Shown in pieces: positions 1 through 9,160 of a DNA stretch of 64,000 nt. The position numbers and the translations under genes are program-made. The notes beneath the pieces are model-generated. The model ran no database searches. It saw only the letters and a list, made by a program, of their open reading frames with translations, and had not been told where the DNA came from. The first letter of the stretch is position 1; each line of letters begins with the position of its first letter. This DNA comes from Candidatus Curtissbacteria bacterium (lineage in GTDB: Bacteria > Patescibacteriota > Microgenomatia > Curtissbacterales > GWA2-41-24). Location of the stretch: positions 26,528-90,527 of the forward strand of contig JANLHP010000013.1 of NCBI GenBank assembly GCA_024654445.1, written 5' to 3'.

Positions 1-1
1 G

Positions 2-946
2 TATGCTTTGGGCCCGACTCATGAAGAAGTAATCGTGCCGATCGCGACAGAGTTTGTAAAGTCGTATAGAGATTTACCATTTTACGTTTACCAAATACAA
101 AACAAGTTTCGCGACGAACCAAGAGCAAAAGGTGGGCTTTTACGGGGACGTGAGTTTTTAATGAAGGATTTATATTCGTTCCATGCAACAGAAGCTGAAA
201 TGTTGGAATATTACGAGGTTATGAAAGGTGCATACAAAAAGGTTTTTGAAAGAGTCGGATTGGACGCTATTGAAACGAGGGCTGACGGAGGGACTTTTTC
301 GGAATTTTCCGACGAATATCAAGTTATTTGTGAAAGTGGCGAAGATGAAATCATTTATTGTCCTGGGGGAGATTATGCGGAGAACTCTGAAATTGCTCAA
401 GCCAAAGAAGGTCAAGAATGCGTTTTGGGTCACGGATCCTTGAAGCGGGCAAAGACTATTGAAGTTGGAAATATTTTTCCGTTAAGGGATAATTTTTCTA
501 AAACTTTTGGCCTCACTTTTAAAGATAAAGATGGAAAAGAACAGCCTGTGATGATGGGTTGTTACGGTATCGGGATTTCCAGGCTGATGGGGTCGATCGT
601 TGAGGTTTTCAATGATGACAAAGGGATTACTTGGCCAAAAGGGGTTAGTCCTTATGACGTTCATCTTGTGCATATTGAAGATCCGGGAACTGAGCAATGG
701 GCAAAAGAAACTTACGAGAAATTAACTAAATCCGGAATTGATGTTTTATGGGATGACAGAGAAGATGCTAGTGCAGGACAAAAATTTGCAGATGCTGATT
801 TAATTGGGATTCCAGTAAGACTTATTGTTTCCAAGAAGACTGGAGGAAGTAAAGTTGAATGGAAAGAAAGAGCGTCCAAAGATAGTGAATTAATAAGTCT
901 GGATGAAGCCGTTAAGAGAATAAGCAGTTCTGGCCAGCCTCGTTAG
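2..946 (+). CDS. proS: Proline--tRNA ligase (5' part outside window)
   Basis: GPTHEE, KFRDEPRAKGGLLRGREFLMKDLYSF, IEVGNIF and MGCYGIGISR motifs, plus C-terminal anticodon-binding domain. Confidence 0.97.
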   Translation, partial: YALGPTHEEVIVPIATEFVKSYRDLPFYVYQIQNKFRDEPRAKGGLLRGREFLMKDLYSFHATEAEMLEYYEVMKGAYKKVFERVGLDAIETRADGGTFSEFSDEYQVICESGEDEIIYCPGGDYAENSEIAQAKEGQECVLGHGSLKRAKTIEVGNIFPLRDNFSKTFGLTFKDKDGKEQPVMMGCYGIGISRLMGSIVEVFNDDKGITWPKGVSPYDVHLVHIEDPGTEQWAKETYEKLTKSGIDVLWDDREDASAGQKFADADLIGIPVRLIVSKKTGGSKVEWKERASKDSELISLDEAVKRISSSGQPR

Positions 947-984
947 ACTTGTTGTAAGCACTTAGTGTAAAATCTTCCTTTAAT

Positions 985-2097
985 ATGTCGTATCAAGTAA
1001 CAAAAGGTGCAAAAGGCAAAGTGGACGTAAAAGTCGATGTTCCAAAGGACGAATTTGACCAAACTTACGACCAAGTTCTTGCTGCTTTAGGACGAGATGC
1101 AAAAATAGCAGGATTTAGGCCTGGTAAGGCTCCTAAGGATGTTCTTGTTGGACATGTTGGTGCGAACAAAATTCTCAATGAAGCAGCCGGTTTTTTGATA
1201 AACAAACACCTGGGAGAAGTTTTCGAAAAGGAAAAGTTTTTCCCAATAGATTCGCCTAAAATTTCGATTTCGACCCTGGCCCCAGGTTCTGCTTTTTCTT
1301 TTACGGCCTCTTTTACTCAGAAACCCCAAATTAAAATTGGTGATTGGAGAAAGATAAAAATAGAGAAGGTTAAGCCCAAAGCGATTGCGAATACGGACGT
1401 AGACGAGTCGATTAAAAATATTTTTGAAGCATGGAAGAAACAAAAAGCTTCAAAGGAGCCAAAAGAGCCAGAGGAGTCAAGAAAGTTTATTTATGACGCG
1501 CGAGGCGAGAAAATATTTTTGAAAGATGAACCAAAGAAGTCAGAAAAAAGTGGAAGTCCTTCGACTAAAGCTCAGGACAAAATTGATGACAATTTCGCAA
1601 AAGCGATCGGAGCGAGAGATCTAGCGCACCTAAAAGAACTTGTCAGGAAAGATCTGGAGACTATTGTTACGGATCAAGTGGAAGCGAAAGTGGAGCAAGA
1701 GCTTTTTGAAAAGTTGGTCGAAATGACTGAAGTTGAGGTGCCGGAGATATTAGTTGACGACGAACTCAATAGGATTTTAGTGAGGCTTTCTTCGCAACTA
1801 GAACAGCAAGGAAGGGATTTAGATTCTTATCTTAAAGAAGAGAAAACGACGATTGATGAGCTTAAAACTAAATGGAGAGAACAAGCAGAAAAGAATGTTA
1901 AAACGACACTGGTAATGGATAAGATCGGGAGAGATGAGAAAGTTTCTGTCTCTCAAGAAGAAGTTGAGACTGCACTCAGAGGGGTTGGAGAAGCAAATTT
2001 GACCGACGAACAAAAAGCGGACATGGAAAGATACGTAACGCTTTCTATATTCCAAGCAAAGACTTTGGACTTGGTTAAAAAAGCAGTAGCTTTATAA
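985..2097 (+). CDS. tig: Trigger factor without recognisable FKBP domain
   Basis: GFRPGKAP ribosome-binding motif and C-terminal domain (VPEILVDDE); middle region is charged low-complexity sequence. Confidence 0.9.
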   Translation: MSYQVTKGAKGKVDVKVDVPKDEFDQTYDQVLAALGRDAKIAGFRPGKAPKDVLVGHVGANKILNEAAGFLINKHLGEVFEKEKFFPIDSPKISISTLAPGSAFSFTASFTQKPQIKIGDWRKIKIEKVKPKAIANTDVDESIKNIFEAWKKQKASKEPKEPEESRKFIYDARGEKIFLKDEPKKSEKSGSPSTKAQDKIDDNFAKAIGARDLAHLKELVRKDLETIVTDQVEAKVEQELFEKLVEMTEVEVPEILVDDELNRILVRLSSQLEQQGRDLDSYLKEEKTTIDELKTKWREQAEKNVKTTLVMDKIGRDEKVSVSQEEVETALRGVGEANLTDEQKADMERYVTLSIFQAKTLDLVKKAVAL

Positions 2098-2139
2098 ATT
2101 CCCCCTAAAATTGATTCAAGGTGTATAATTAGCCTCCAA

Positions 2140-2994
2140 ATGAGAGAAAGGGTTGGGCCATTTTTAAGGAATCCAAGGAGAGTTGCGTTCAGCTCTGGGG
2201 TTCTTGCCGCAGCGTTTTTCTCAGGCTGTGTTGACTCAGACGCACCGGATAATAAGGTATCAACGCCTACATAAACCCCAACGGCAGGTCGACAATTCGA
2301 GAGAGCAACTTCTACTCCTGAGCCCACCGTGGTCACAAAAACCCCAACTGTTGTTTCACCGAAAGCATCACCTGAGCCCCAAGCAACTGCTTTGGCAGGA
2401 AACGATAGCGGAAGAGCATTGGAATTGGACGGTTTTGGCGACGATGCGGTCAAGTTTAACGGAGAGGGTTATGATTTCACTGCTTTGCCTGTTCGAGTAG
2501 AAGCAAGAATCAAACTCAACGAATCACTTACACCTGGATTGTCTAGGTTCGAAGGCGATACCGTGCTTGCAAAAGACGAAGCGATTGCTTTTTTTGCTGC
2601 CTTAGCTGCTTGTCCTGATGCAGGAATGGCTTTAGTTATTGATGACGGAGATCCAGTTTGCGGGCCAAAGGTCCAACGTGGCGTTTGGAAGGACATTGGT
2701 TTTGTTTACGACGGGGAAACTGTCACTTTTCTTCAAGGTGGAAAGGAAGTTGAAAAAAGAGATTGGCAGAGCCAGGTTCCCCTTGAGAATGGATTAGTAG
2801 TTATCGGAAGGAGTTCTGAAGGAATTACTCCTAAGATATGGAATGGGTTTATGGACTTTGTTTGGGCGGCAAACAAAGATGGGGTTATTTTTATGGTGGT
2901 TTTTGATAGAGATTTTTACGATTCGGTGAAGAATAGAGCTGGGACACCTGAAGGAGACGCAAAGATTGTTACAGTAACGGATAATTTACCTTGA
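2140..2994 (+). pseudogene. Lipoprotein with LamG/concanavalin-like domain, interrupted by an in-frame TAA at 2272-2274
   Basis: ATG 2140 gives a signal peptide with lipobox FSGC, then TAA; the same frame continues into ORF 2329-2994 (ALELDGFGD, W...FVYDG...GFMD LamG-like). Confidence 0.6.
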
Positions 2995-3058
2995 TAAAAA
3001 CAAGCTAAAGTTTTAGAATGAAGAGTCGATTCGATGGCAACTAGGTTGTCTGAGTTCC

Positions 3059-3137
3059 GTCATTGCGAGAAGCGGAGCGACGAAGCAATCTAATTAGAGT
3101 TTGAGATTGCCACGCTCATATATTCGCTCGCAATGAC
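3059..3137. repeat. Palindromic REP/RPE-like element
   Basis: GTCATTGCGAG...GCAATCT / AGATTGC...CTCGCAATGAC inverted ends; a related copy lies inside ychF. Confidence 0.85.
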
Positions 3138-3178
3138 AAAGAATTATGCTTGAATTAGAGAGGATGTGCATTACTTGA

Positions 3179-4018
3179 TTGGCAAAAACCATTGTTACCC
3201 ATTTTTCTCCAGATTTTGACGGAATACCCGCGATTTGGTTATTGAAAAAATTTCATCCCGATTTTAAAAACGCCAACGTCGTCTTTTGCCCTGCAGGAGG
3301 GACTTACAATAACGAGTCGGTAGACTCTAATCCGGACATTGTTCATGTCGACACAGGCATGGGGAAGTTTGACCATCATCAAACGAATGATTTTACTTGT
3401 GGAGCTCAGCTTGTTTACGAGCATTTAGTCAAAGAAGGATATGTAGCAGAAGATGATGAGGCCTTGGCTCGAATGGTCAAGATTTTTACCGAGGTAGATC
3501 ATGCATGGGACGTTTACAAATGGCCAGAACCGGAAAGTGACAGGTGGGAATTTGGGTTGCCGAGCATTTTAGTTGGTTGGAAGGTCAATTTTCCGAAACA
3601 AGACGAAAAGTACGTTGAGTGGATGATGTCGCCGCTGGACGCGATTTACAGGATTATGCAGTTTAAAGTGAAGGCGGAAAAAGAATTAGAAGAGGGTAAG
3701 GAATTTAAGACGCGCTGGGGAGAAGGAATTGCGATGTATACGCCAAACGACGCGGTTTTGGATGCCGCTATTAAAAAAGGGTTCGCGCTTGTTGTCAGAA
3801 AAGACCCAAAAAGAGGTCATGTGCGAATAACTGGTTCCAATAATCACAAGGTCGACCTAACGCGCGCGTACGAAATGTTTCAGAAGAAAGATCCCAACGC
3901 AACGTGGTTTCTGCATGCCTCCAAAGTTTTACTTAGAAACGGGTCGACCAGAAATCCCACTATGAAACCGACTAACCTTGGGATAGATGAAGTAGTTGAG
4001 GTTCTGGAAAAAGCGTAA
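3179..4018 (+). CDS. DHH/MYG1-like phosphoesterase
   Basis: TH.SPDFD, VDTG.GKFDHHQ and WFLH motifs. Confidence 0.7.
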   Translation: MAKTIVTHFSPDFDGIPAIWLLKKFHPDFKNANVVFCPAGGTYNNESVDSNPDIVHVDTGMGKFDHHQTNDFTCGAQLVYEHLVKEGYVAEDDEALARMVKIFTEVDHAWDVYKWPEPESDRWEFGLPSILVGWKVNFPKQDEKYVEWMMSPLDAIYRIMQFKVKAEKELEEGKEFKTRWGEGIAMYTPNDAVLDAAIKKGFALVVRKDPKRGHVRITGSNNHKVDLTRAYEMFQKKDPNATWFLHASKVLLRNGSTRNPTMKPTNLGIDEVVEVLEKA

Positions 4019-4073
4019 TATGCTTAAAAAAACTAAATGGTTAGTCAAAGAAGGAGCTTTACGAGTTAAATAT

Positions 4074-4412
4074 ATGACCACAAAAGATTGTATTTTTTGC
4101 AAAATAGTAAGCGGAGAAATTAAATCTAATTTGATCGCTGAAACTAAAAAGGCGATTGCTATTCATGACATTAACCCTGTTGCTTCAACTCACATTCTTA
4201 TTATTCCAAAAAAGCATATTGATTCGGTTTTGACAGTAAGCGAGGAAGACAGCGGGGATATAATAGAGTTATATAGAGTTGCGAAAAAGATAGTGGAAGA
4301 TAAAAAACTTGATGCTTTCAGACTGACTTTTAATGGCGGGAAATATCAACATGTGCCCCATTTGCACATGCATTTGATATCAGGAAGTAAAGTAGAATGG
4401 TCAAGACTTTAA
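4074..4412 (+). CDS. HIT family nucleotide-binding protein
   Basis: DCIFCKI and QHVPHLHMH histidine triad. Confidence 0.93.
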   Translation: MTTKDCIFCKIVSGEIKSNLIAETKKAIAIHDINPVASTHILIIPKKHIDSVLTVSEEDSGDIIELYRVAKKIVEDKKLDAFRLTFNGGKYQHVPHLHMHLISGSKVEWSRL

Positions 4413-4448
4413 AGAAAATCATTATATGCGAGAGGAAGGTGATTTTAT

Positions 4449-4637
4449 ATGGCTACTAAAGTCGTAGCACAACCAGGCGAATCAGTAGATTCACTAATTA
4501 GAAAATTTAACAAAAAGGTCCAAGCCGAAGGAATTTTAATGGAGCTTAAAAAAAGAGAGCATTATCTAAAGCCTTCTTTAAAGAAGCAACAAAAAATTCA
4601 GATGGCTCGTAAAAAATTTATTAAGAGAAAGATTTAA
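4449..4637 (+). CDS. rpsU: 30S ribosomal protein S21
   Basis: ES.DSLIRKF.KKV...GI..ELKKREHY.KPS; HIT-rpsU-yqeY synteny. Confidence 0.93.
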   Translation: MATKVVAQPGESVDSLIRKFNKKVQAEGILMELKKREHYLKPSLKKQQKIQMARKKFIKRKI

Positions 4638-5086
4638 TGTCACTTTTAGATACTATCAATTCTGATTTGACTGCCGCAATGAAGGCGAGGAACCCGACTG
4701 TGGTTTCCTCCCTTAGAATGGTGCTTTCAAACCTTAAGACCGCTGCAATTGCCAAGGGTGCAGACTTGGAAGACGACGAAATTGTTTCGGAGATATCAAG
4801 AGTGGCGAAGCGACACAAAGAATCGATTCAAGCTTTTGAAAATGCAGGTCGAGCGGAACTTGTTGAAAAAGAAAAAAAGGAACTGGCAGTAGTTTCTAAG
4901 TACTTGCCTGAACAAATGAGCGATGAGGAAGTAAGTAGGATTGTAGATGAAGTTATTGCCCAGACGGGTGCCGCGACGATTGCAGATTTGGGCCGTGTAA
5001 TGAGCAGCGCAATGATTAAGATAAAAGGCCAAGCTGATGGTTTCGTTGTTTCTGCCTTAGTTCGCGAAAAATTATCCGCTAAGTAA
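4637..5086 (+). CDS. yqeY: GatB/YqeY domain protein
   Basis: DL..AMKA, KESI..F..AGR.EL and YLPEQMS. Confidence 0.92.
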   Translation: MSLLDTINSDLTAAMKARNPTVVSSLRMVLSNLKTAAIAKGADLEDDEIVSEISRVAKRHKESIQAFENAGRAELVEKEKKELAVVSKYLPEQMSDEEVSRIVDEVIAQTGAATIADLGRVMSSAMIKIKGQADGFVVSALVREKLSAK

Positions 5087-5090
5087 TTTT

Positions 5091-5492
5091 ATGTTGACTG
5101 TTTTGATTCGGACTGATACCCGATATCCTGTTAATAGAAAGGCTATAAGAAAGGCAGTTTTTGACACTTTTCTGAAGCATGGAATTGTCTCCAGTTGTGA
5201 GGTCTCTGTTTTTATTGTGGGGGAGCGAAAAATGAAAGAGCTTTCAGAGAAATATTATGGTGATAGCGATCTTCACGAAGTATTTTCGTTTCCGCTCGAG
5301 GACTCTGAATCCTCGTCAGAAAATAGGGGTTTTGTTAATTCGCCTGATGACAAATTGAGACTGGGTGATATAGTGTTATGCTGGCCGCAGGTTGTTATGC
5401 TTGCCGGCCAGGAAGGCATAATGGTGGACGAAGAAATTTCCTTCTTAACCGCTCACGCTGCCGAGCATTTACTTGGAATTCATCACGAGTAA
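5091..5492 (+). CDS. ybeY: rRNA maturation RNase YbeY
   Basis: VFSFP, LGDIV and HxxxHLLGxxH motifs. Confidence 0.88.
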   Translation: MLTVLIRTDTRYPVNRKAIRKAVFDTFLKHGIVSSCEVSVFIVGERKMKELSEKYYGDSDLHEVFSFPLEDSESSSENRGFVNSPDDKLRLGDIVLCWPQVVMLAGQEGIMVDEEISFLTAHAAEHLLGIHHE

Positions 5493-5507
5493 CAGGATCT
5501 ATTTAAC

Positions 5508-7112
5508 ATGACCGTTTTCTACCGTAAATACCGACCGCAGAAATTTTCTGACCTTGTCGGTCAAGAAAATATAAAAGAAATACTTTTGGCACAGTTGTCA
5601 TCTGGCAAGATAAGTCATGGATATTTATTTTCCGGGCCAAGAGGTACGGGGAAAACTTCAACTGCTAGAATTTTTGCAAAGGCCGTAAACTGTCAGGCCT
5701 ACCAGAAACCAGTTACCAGAAACCAGAAACTGAATTTTGGTGAGCCTTGCAATAAATGTATTTCGTGTAGGGCGATTGTTGATGGTTCGCACCTTGATCT
5801 GATTGAGATTGACGCCGCTTCCAACCGGGGCATCGAAGAAATACGAGACCTTCGGGAAAAAATTAAACTTTCGCCTGTTTTTTCCCAGTTTAAAGTGTAC
5901 ATAATAGACGAAGCGCACATGTTGACGACCGAAGCGTTCAATGCGCTTTTGAAAACTTTAGAGGAGCCTCCTGCACATGCAATTTTTATTCTCTGTACAA
6001 CAGCTGTTGAAAAGTTGCCTCAAACGATAATTTCCAGACTTTCCAGAATAAAGTTCGCAAGAGCAAACAATGAATCGATAATTCGTGCACTCGAAAAGAT
6101 TGCCAAAAGCGAAGGAATAAAAGTTGACCGTGATGCCCTTGTCGCAATTAGTAGAGTAGCAGATGGTTCTTTTAGAGATGCAATTTCAATTTTCGATCAG
6201 GCTGCTGCAAGTGGGCTAGGTGTTACCGCGGAGCAGATAACAAAATCGATCGCAGTTTCTGGCTGGAACCAGACTTCAGAAATTGTCGGTTTTCTGATGC
6301 ACAAAGATTTGAAGGCCGCGATCGTTTTGATTGATGATTTTGCCAAAGAGGGAGGGGATGCCCAGCTTTTAACTAGAGAAATTATTGCAGTTGTTGAAAA
6401 AATTCTCTTTTTAAAAATCGGAGTTGCCGATACTCTTTCAGACTTAGATTCTGCGCGCAGAGAAAAGATAAACTCACTTTCCGAAGACATAAGTTTTGCG
6501 GATGCTCAAAATCTGCTCAAGTTACTTTTAATTGCAGAAGGCGAAATGAAACTTTATCCGCTGCCAAAAATTTCTCTGTTTCTAGCTTTGTGTAAATATT
6601 GTGGTGATAACCTTCCTCAAGAGCAGCTTGCAGTCAAAAGAAATGAAAGAGTTGCTGAAGAGCCCAATTTGGAAGAGAAAAAATCAGGGAAAGAAAAAGT
6701 TGAAGTAACTGTTGATACTGGAGGGGATTCTGGCGAGATAAAATTAAGTGCAAAAGGTAAGGTGGGGTCACTATCTAACATAGAAGATAAGTGGAAGCAC
6801 TTTTTGGAGAAAGTGCGGCCCGCAAACGCTCATCTTGTTGCGCTTCTTCGTTCAACTAGACCGATGGAGTTTGATGGTGTTAATCTAGTACTAGAGGTTT
6901 TTTACAAATTTCACAAGGAGAAGTTAGAGGAACCCAAGATAGCAAAATTGCTTGAGGAAACGTTATCTGACGTGTACGGTCAAAAGATCAGTCTAAGAAC
7001 AGTGCTTGCACAAAAAAGGTCAAAGTTACCCACACCGGTTGAAAAAAGTGACGTTGTTGATGTTAGCAGCGAAGATCTCTCTAAACTTGCCCAAGAGATA
7101 TTTTCTAAATGA
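5508..7112 (+). CDS. dnaX: DNA polymerase III subunit gamma/tau
   Basis: YRKYRPQ.F, GPRGTGKT, EIDAAS and DEAHML...AFNALLKTLEEPP. Confidence 0.97.
   Translation: MTVFYRKYRPQKFSDLVGQENIKEILLAQLSSGKISHGYLFSGPRGTGKTSTARIFAKAVNCQAYQKPVTRNQKLNFGEPCNKCISCRAIVDGSHLDLIEIDAASNRGIEEIRDLREKIKLSPVFSQFKVYIIDEAHMLTTEAFNALLKTLEEPPAHAIFILCTTAVEKLPQTIISRLSRIKFARANNESIIRALEKIAKSEGIKVDRDALVAISRVADGSFRDAISIFDQAAASGLGVTAEQITKSIAVSGWNQTSEIVGFLMHKDLKAAIVLIDDFAKEGGDAQLLTREIIAVVEKILFLKIGVADTLSDLDSARREKINSLSEDISFADAQNLLKLLLIAEGEMKLYPLPKISLFLALCKYCGDNLPQEQLAVKRNERVAEEPNLEEKKSGKEKVEVTVDTGGDSGEIKLSAKGKVGSLSNIEDKWKHFLEKVRPANAHLVALLRSTRPMEFDGVNLVLEVFYKFHKEKLEEPKIAKLLEETLSDVYGQKISLRTVLAQKRSKLPTPVEKSDVVDVSSEDLSKLAQEIFSK
5700..5732 (+). 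repeat. 7-mer tandem microrepeat inside dnaX zinc-finger loop
   Basis: taccagaaaccagttaccagaaaccagaaactg, encoding YQKPVTRNQKL. Confidence 0.7.
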
Positions 7113-7522
7113 TCAAAAAGCTTTACCTTATAGTTTTTATTATTTCTCCGCTTGTTCTTTCCGGTTGTCTGCCTAAGATTGGTGGGGGAGAGAAAAAGGC
7201 AGAAGCTGATCAATTTGTTCAAGGTTCGGTGGTTCCGAGTTTTCCTCAGACTGTCCCTTTATATAAAGATGCTAAGACCGTCGAGTCTTTTGAGAGCATG
7301 GATTCTTGGGGAGCGAGTTTTGTAACAGAGGAAGATTTAAATAAGGTGGTTGAATTTTATGGAACGAGCCTGCCTGCTCTTGGTTGGGAGGCAGATCTTA
7401 AAAAAAACGCTTCTTATTTTACTTACAATATAAAAAATGAGCAGTACGTTGGTACAATTGTTATAAATAAGGCGTCTGACGGCAAGCGGACCGCAATATT
7501 AGCTTCTCTTACTACCAGATAA
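7109..7522 (+). CDS. Hypothetical lipoprotein
   Basis: Hydrophobic N-terminus with LSGC lipobox; FP..VPLY and FY...L...GW pattern. Confidence 0.7.
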   Translation: MIKKLYLIVFIISPLVLSGCLPKIGGGEKKAEADQFVQGSVVPSFPQTVPLYKDAKTVESFESMDSWGASFVTEEDLNKVVEFYGTSLPALGWEADLKKNASYFTYNIKNEQYVGTIVINKASDGKRTAILASLTTR

Positions 7523-7564
7523 AATTTGACGGCCAATTTTTGGGTTGATAAGATTGAATTGTCC

Positions 7565-8182
7565 ATGAAGAAGGTATTTCTTTTGCCCCTTTTCGTAATT
7601 CTCCTTGCTGTTTTCTCTTTTGATGCGTTTGCAATTTCCAACGACCAGTCTGTTGGGAAAATGGGGGAGAGGCTTGAGGAGTTAAGGCTAAAGAGGCAAG
7701 AGATCCGCGACAGGAATTTAGAAAAAAGACAAATGTTGCAGGAGAATTTACAAGAGAATAGGGAAGCGAAGAAAGAACAGTTCAAAGGCGAGGCGGCTAC
7801 AAGGATTAGAAATGCCTTTGCAGTAATCCTTAGGCGTTATAATGCAGCTCTTCTGAGATTAGACAAAATATCCGAAAGACTTGCTTCGAGAATTGACAAG
7901 CTTAAGGCCAAGGGGGTTGACACGTCAAAGGCGGAAGCCGATCTAGCAGCAGCCGAGGCAGCCGGGGCAGAAGCGCAAGCTGCAATAGACGCCGCCCAAA
8001 CTGCTGTTGACTCGATAGATACGTCGTCTGGTGATGTAAGAAGTGTGGTTTCTGCGGCTAAAGATGCGGTAAAAAACGCGAAAGAATCTCTTAAGAAGTA
8101 TCATAAGGCATTAGTCCTTGTAACCCGAGACCTAAAGGCATCGGCTGACTTAAGAAGCGAAGAAGGTGAACATGCAAACTAG
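7565..8182 (+). CDS. Secreted coiled-coil protein
   Basis: Signal peptide (AFA cleavage site) followed by long helical Ala/charged region. Confidence 0.7.
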   Translation: MKKVFLLPLFVILLAVFSFDAFAISNDQSVGKMGERLEELRLKRQEIRDRNLEKRQMLQENLQENREAKKEQFKGEAATRIRNAFAVILRRYNAALLRLDKISERLASRIDKLKAKGVDTSKAEADLAAAEAAGAEAQAAIDAAQTAVDSIDTSSGDVRSVVSAAKDAVKNAKESLKKYHKALVLVTRDLKASADLRSEEGEHAN

Positions 8183-8438
8183 AAAATCTGGGCTTTTAAA
8201 TTTAATAATACTTATTTCGGTGGCGGTTGTTGGTGCTGCACTGTTAGTGTTTGGTGTTTTAGACTTAGGAGACTTCAAGAAAAATAGTGGCATAAGCCAA
8301 GATGAACAAGTTAGACGGTTAGAGACCTTAGGAGGGTCGGACGAGGTTGACGATATAGAAGTTTATCTTAATGACACTGATGTTGAGAATGTCGACAGTG
8401 AGTTAAGCGAGGTAGACGAATCTCTTCAAAGTCTCTGA
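8172..8438 (+). CDS. Small membrane-anchored acidic protein
   Basis: One TM helix and an acidic tail; overlaps the upstream stop. Confidence 0.6.
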   Translation: MQTRKSGLLNLIILISVAVVGAALLVFGVLDLGDFKKNSGISQDEQVRRLETLGGSDEVDDIEVYLNDTDVENVDSELSEVDESLQSL

Positions 8439-8453
8439 ACCCAGCACACTCTC

Positions 8454-8482
8454 TTGACAAAGTCCTATAGTTAAGATACCAT
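8454..8482 (+). promoter_or_regulatory. Sigma70-type promoter
   Basis: TTGACA-17 bp-TACCAT upstream of the ORF at 8486. Confidence 0.65.
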
Positions 8483-8485
8483 TCG

Positions 8486-9133
8486 TTGATTATGGCAATG
8501 AATTACATTGAAGCCCCCAGAGGAGCTTCAAAAGCAAATCTTGAACAATATGCCAATGGTATTGGCCAAATGGAGCAACTTGCCCGAAGCCTTCAATCTC
8601 AAGAACTACTTCCAGAAAGATTTGCACCAGAACCATCAAGGCTACGCACTTCTCTAGAAGGTAGAGTCCGTCAGGAAACCCTTACGATTGGCGGTAAAAC
8701 TTCACAAGAACTTTTAGGAGCACTAACTCAAGGTGGTTTTAGAATCGGCTCTTATGCCAGAAGCATGATGGAAAGTCCTGCTTTCACCACTTTGCCGGAA
8801 CCTCAAGAAATAGACCTAGTTCGCTTACAAGTTAAAGACTTAGGAATCAGCAAAAACATACCCACAACCGATGAAATATACGCAAAAGCTCAAGAATTAG
8901 GTCTTGACCTTTGCCCTGCCGAAGTCGGCCCTCAATTACGTCTTAAATATAAGGATCAACCACGCGGAGAATGGGTTACTATAGGAATGAAGCAAATTCC
9001 TGCTTCCGATGGCTATCCTAATGTGTTTGAAGTTGGTCGCCATGGTCGTGGGTTATGGCTCCCTAGCCGTTGGACTAGGCCTGACCTCTGGTGGAATCCC
9101 GGCGATCAGTTTGTTTTCAGTCTCCGCAAGTAA
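8486..9133 (+). CDS. Putative DGR variable (target) protein with C-terminal variable region (real start probably ATG 8492 or 8498)
   Basis: GL.LCPAEVGPQLRL.Y.DQP..EW..IGMKQI..SDG.P.VF...R...GLWL...W..P...W.....FVFSLRK; 3' codons consistent with AAY-derived diversification. Confidence 0.65.
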   Translation: MIMAMNYIEAPRGASKANLEQYANGIGQMEQLARSLQSQELLPERFAPEPSRLRTSLEGRVRQETLTIGGKTSQELLGALTQGGFRIGSYARSMMESPAFTTLPEPQEIDLVRLQVKDLGISKNIPTTDEIYAKAQELGLDLCPAEVGPQLRLKYKDQPRGEWVTIGMKQIPASDGYPNVFEVGRHGRGLWLPSRWTRPDLWWNPGDQFVFSLRK

Positions 9134-9160
9134 TCTTGGCTTCTTAAACTCTTAAGTTCT

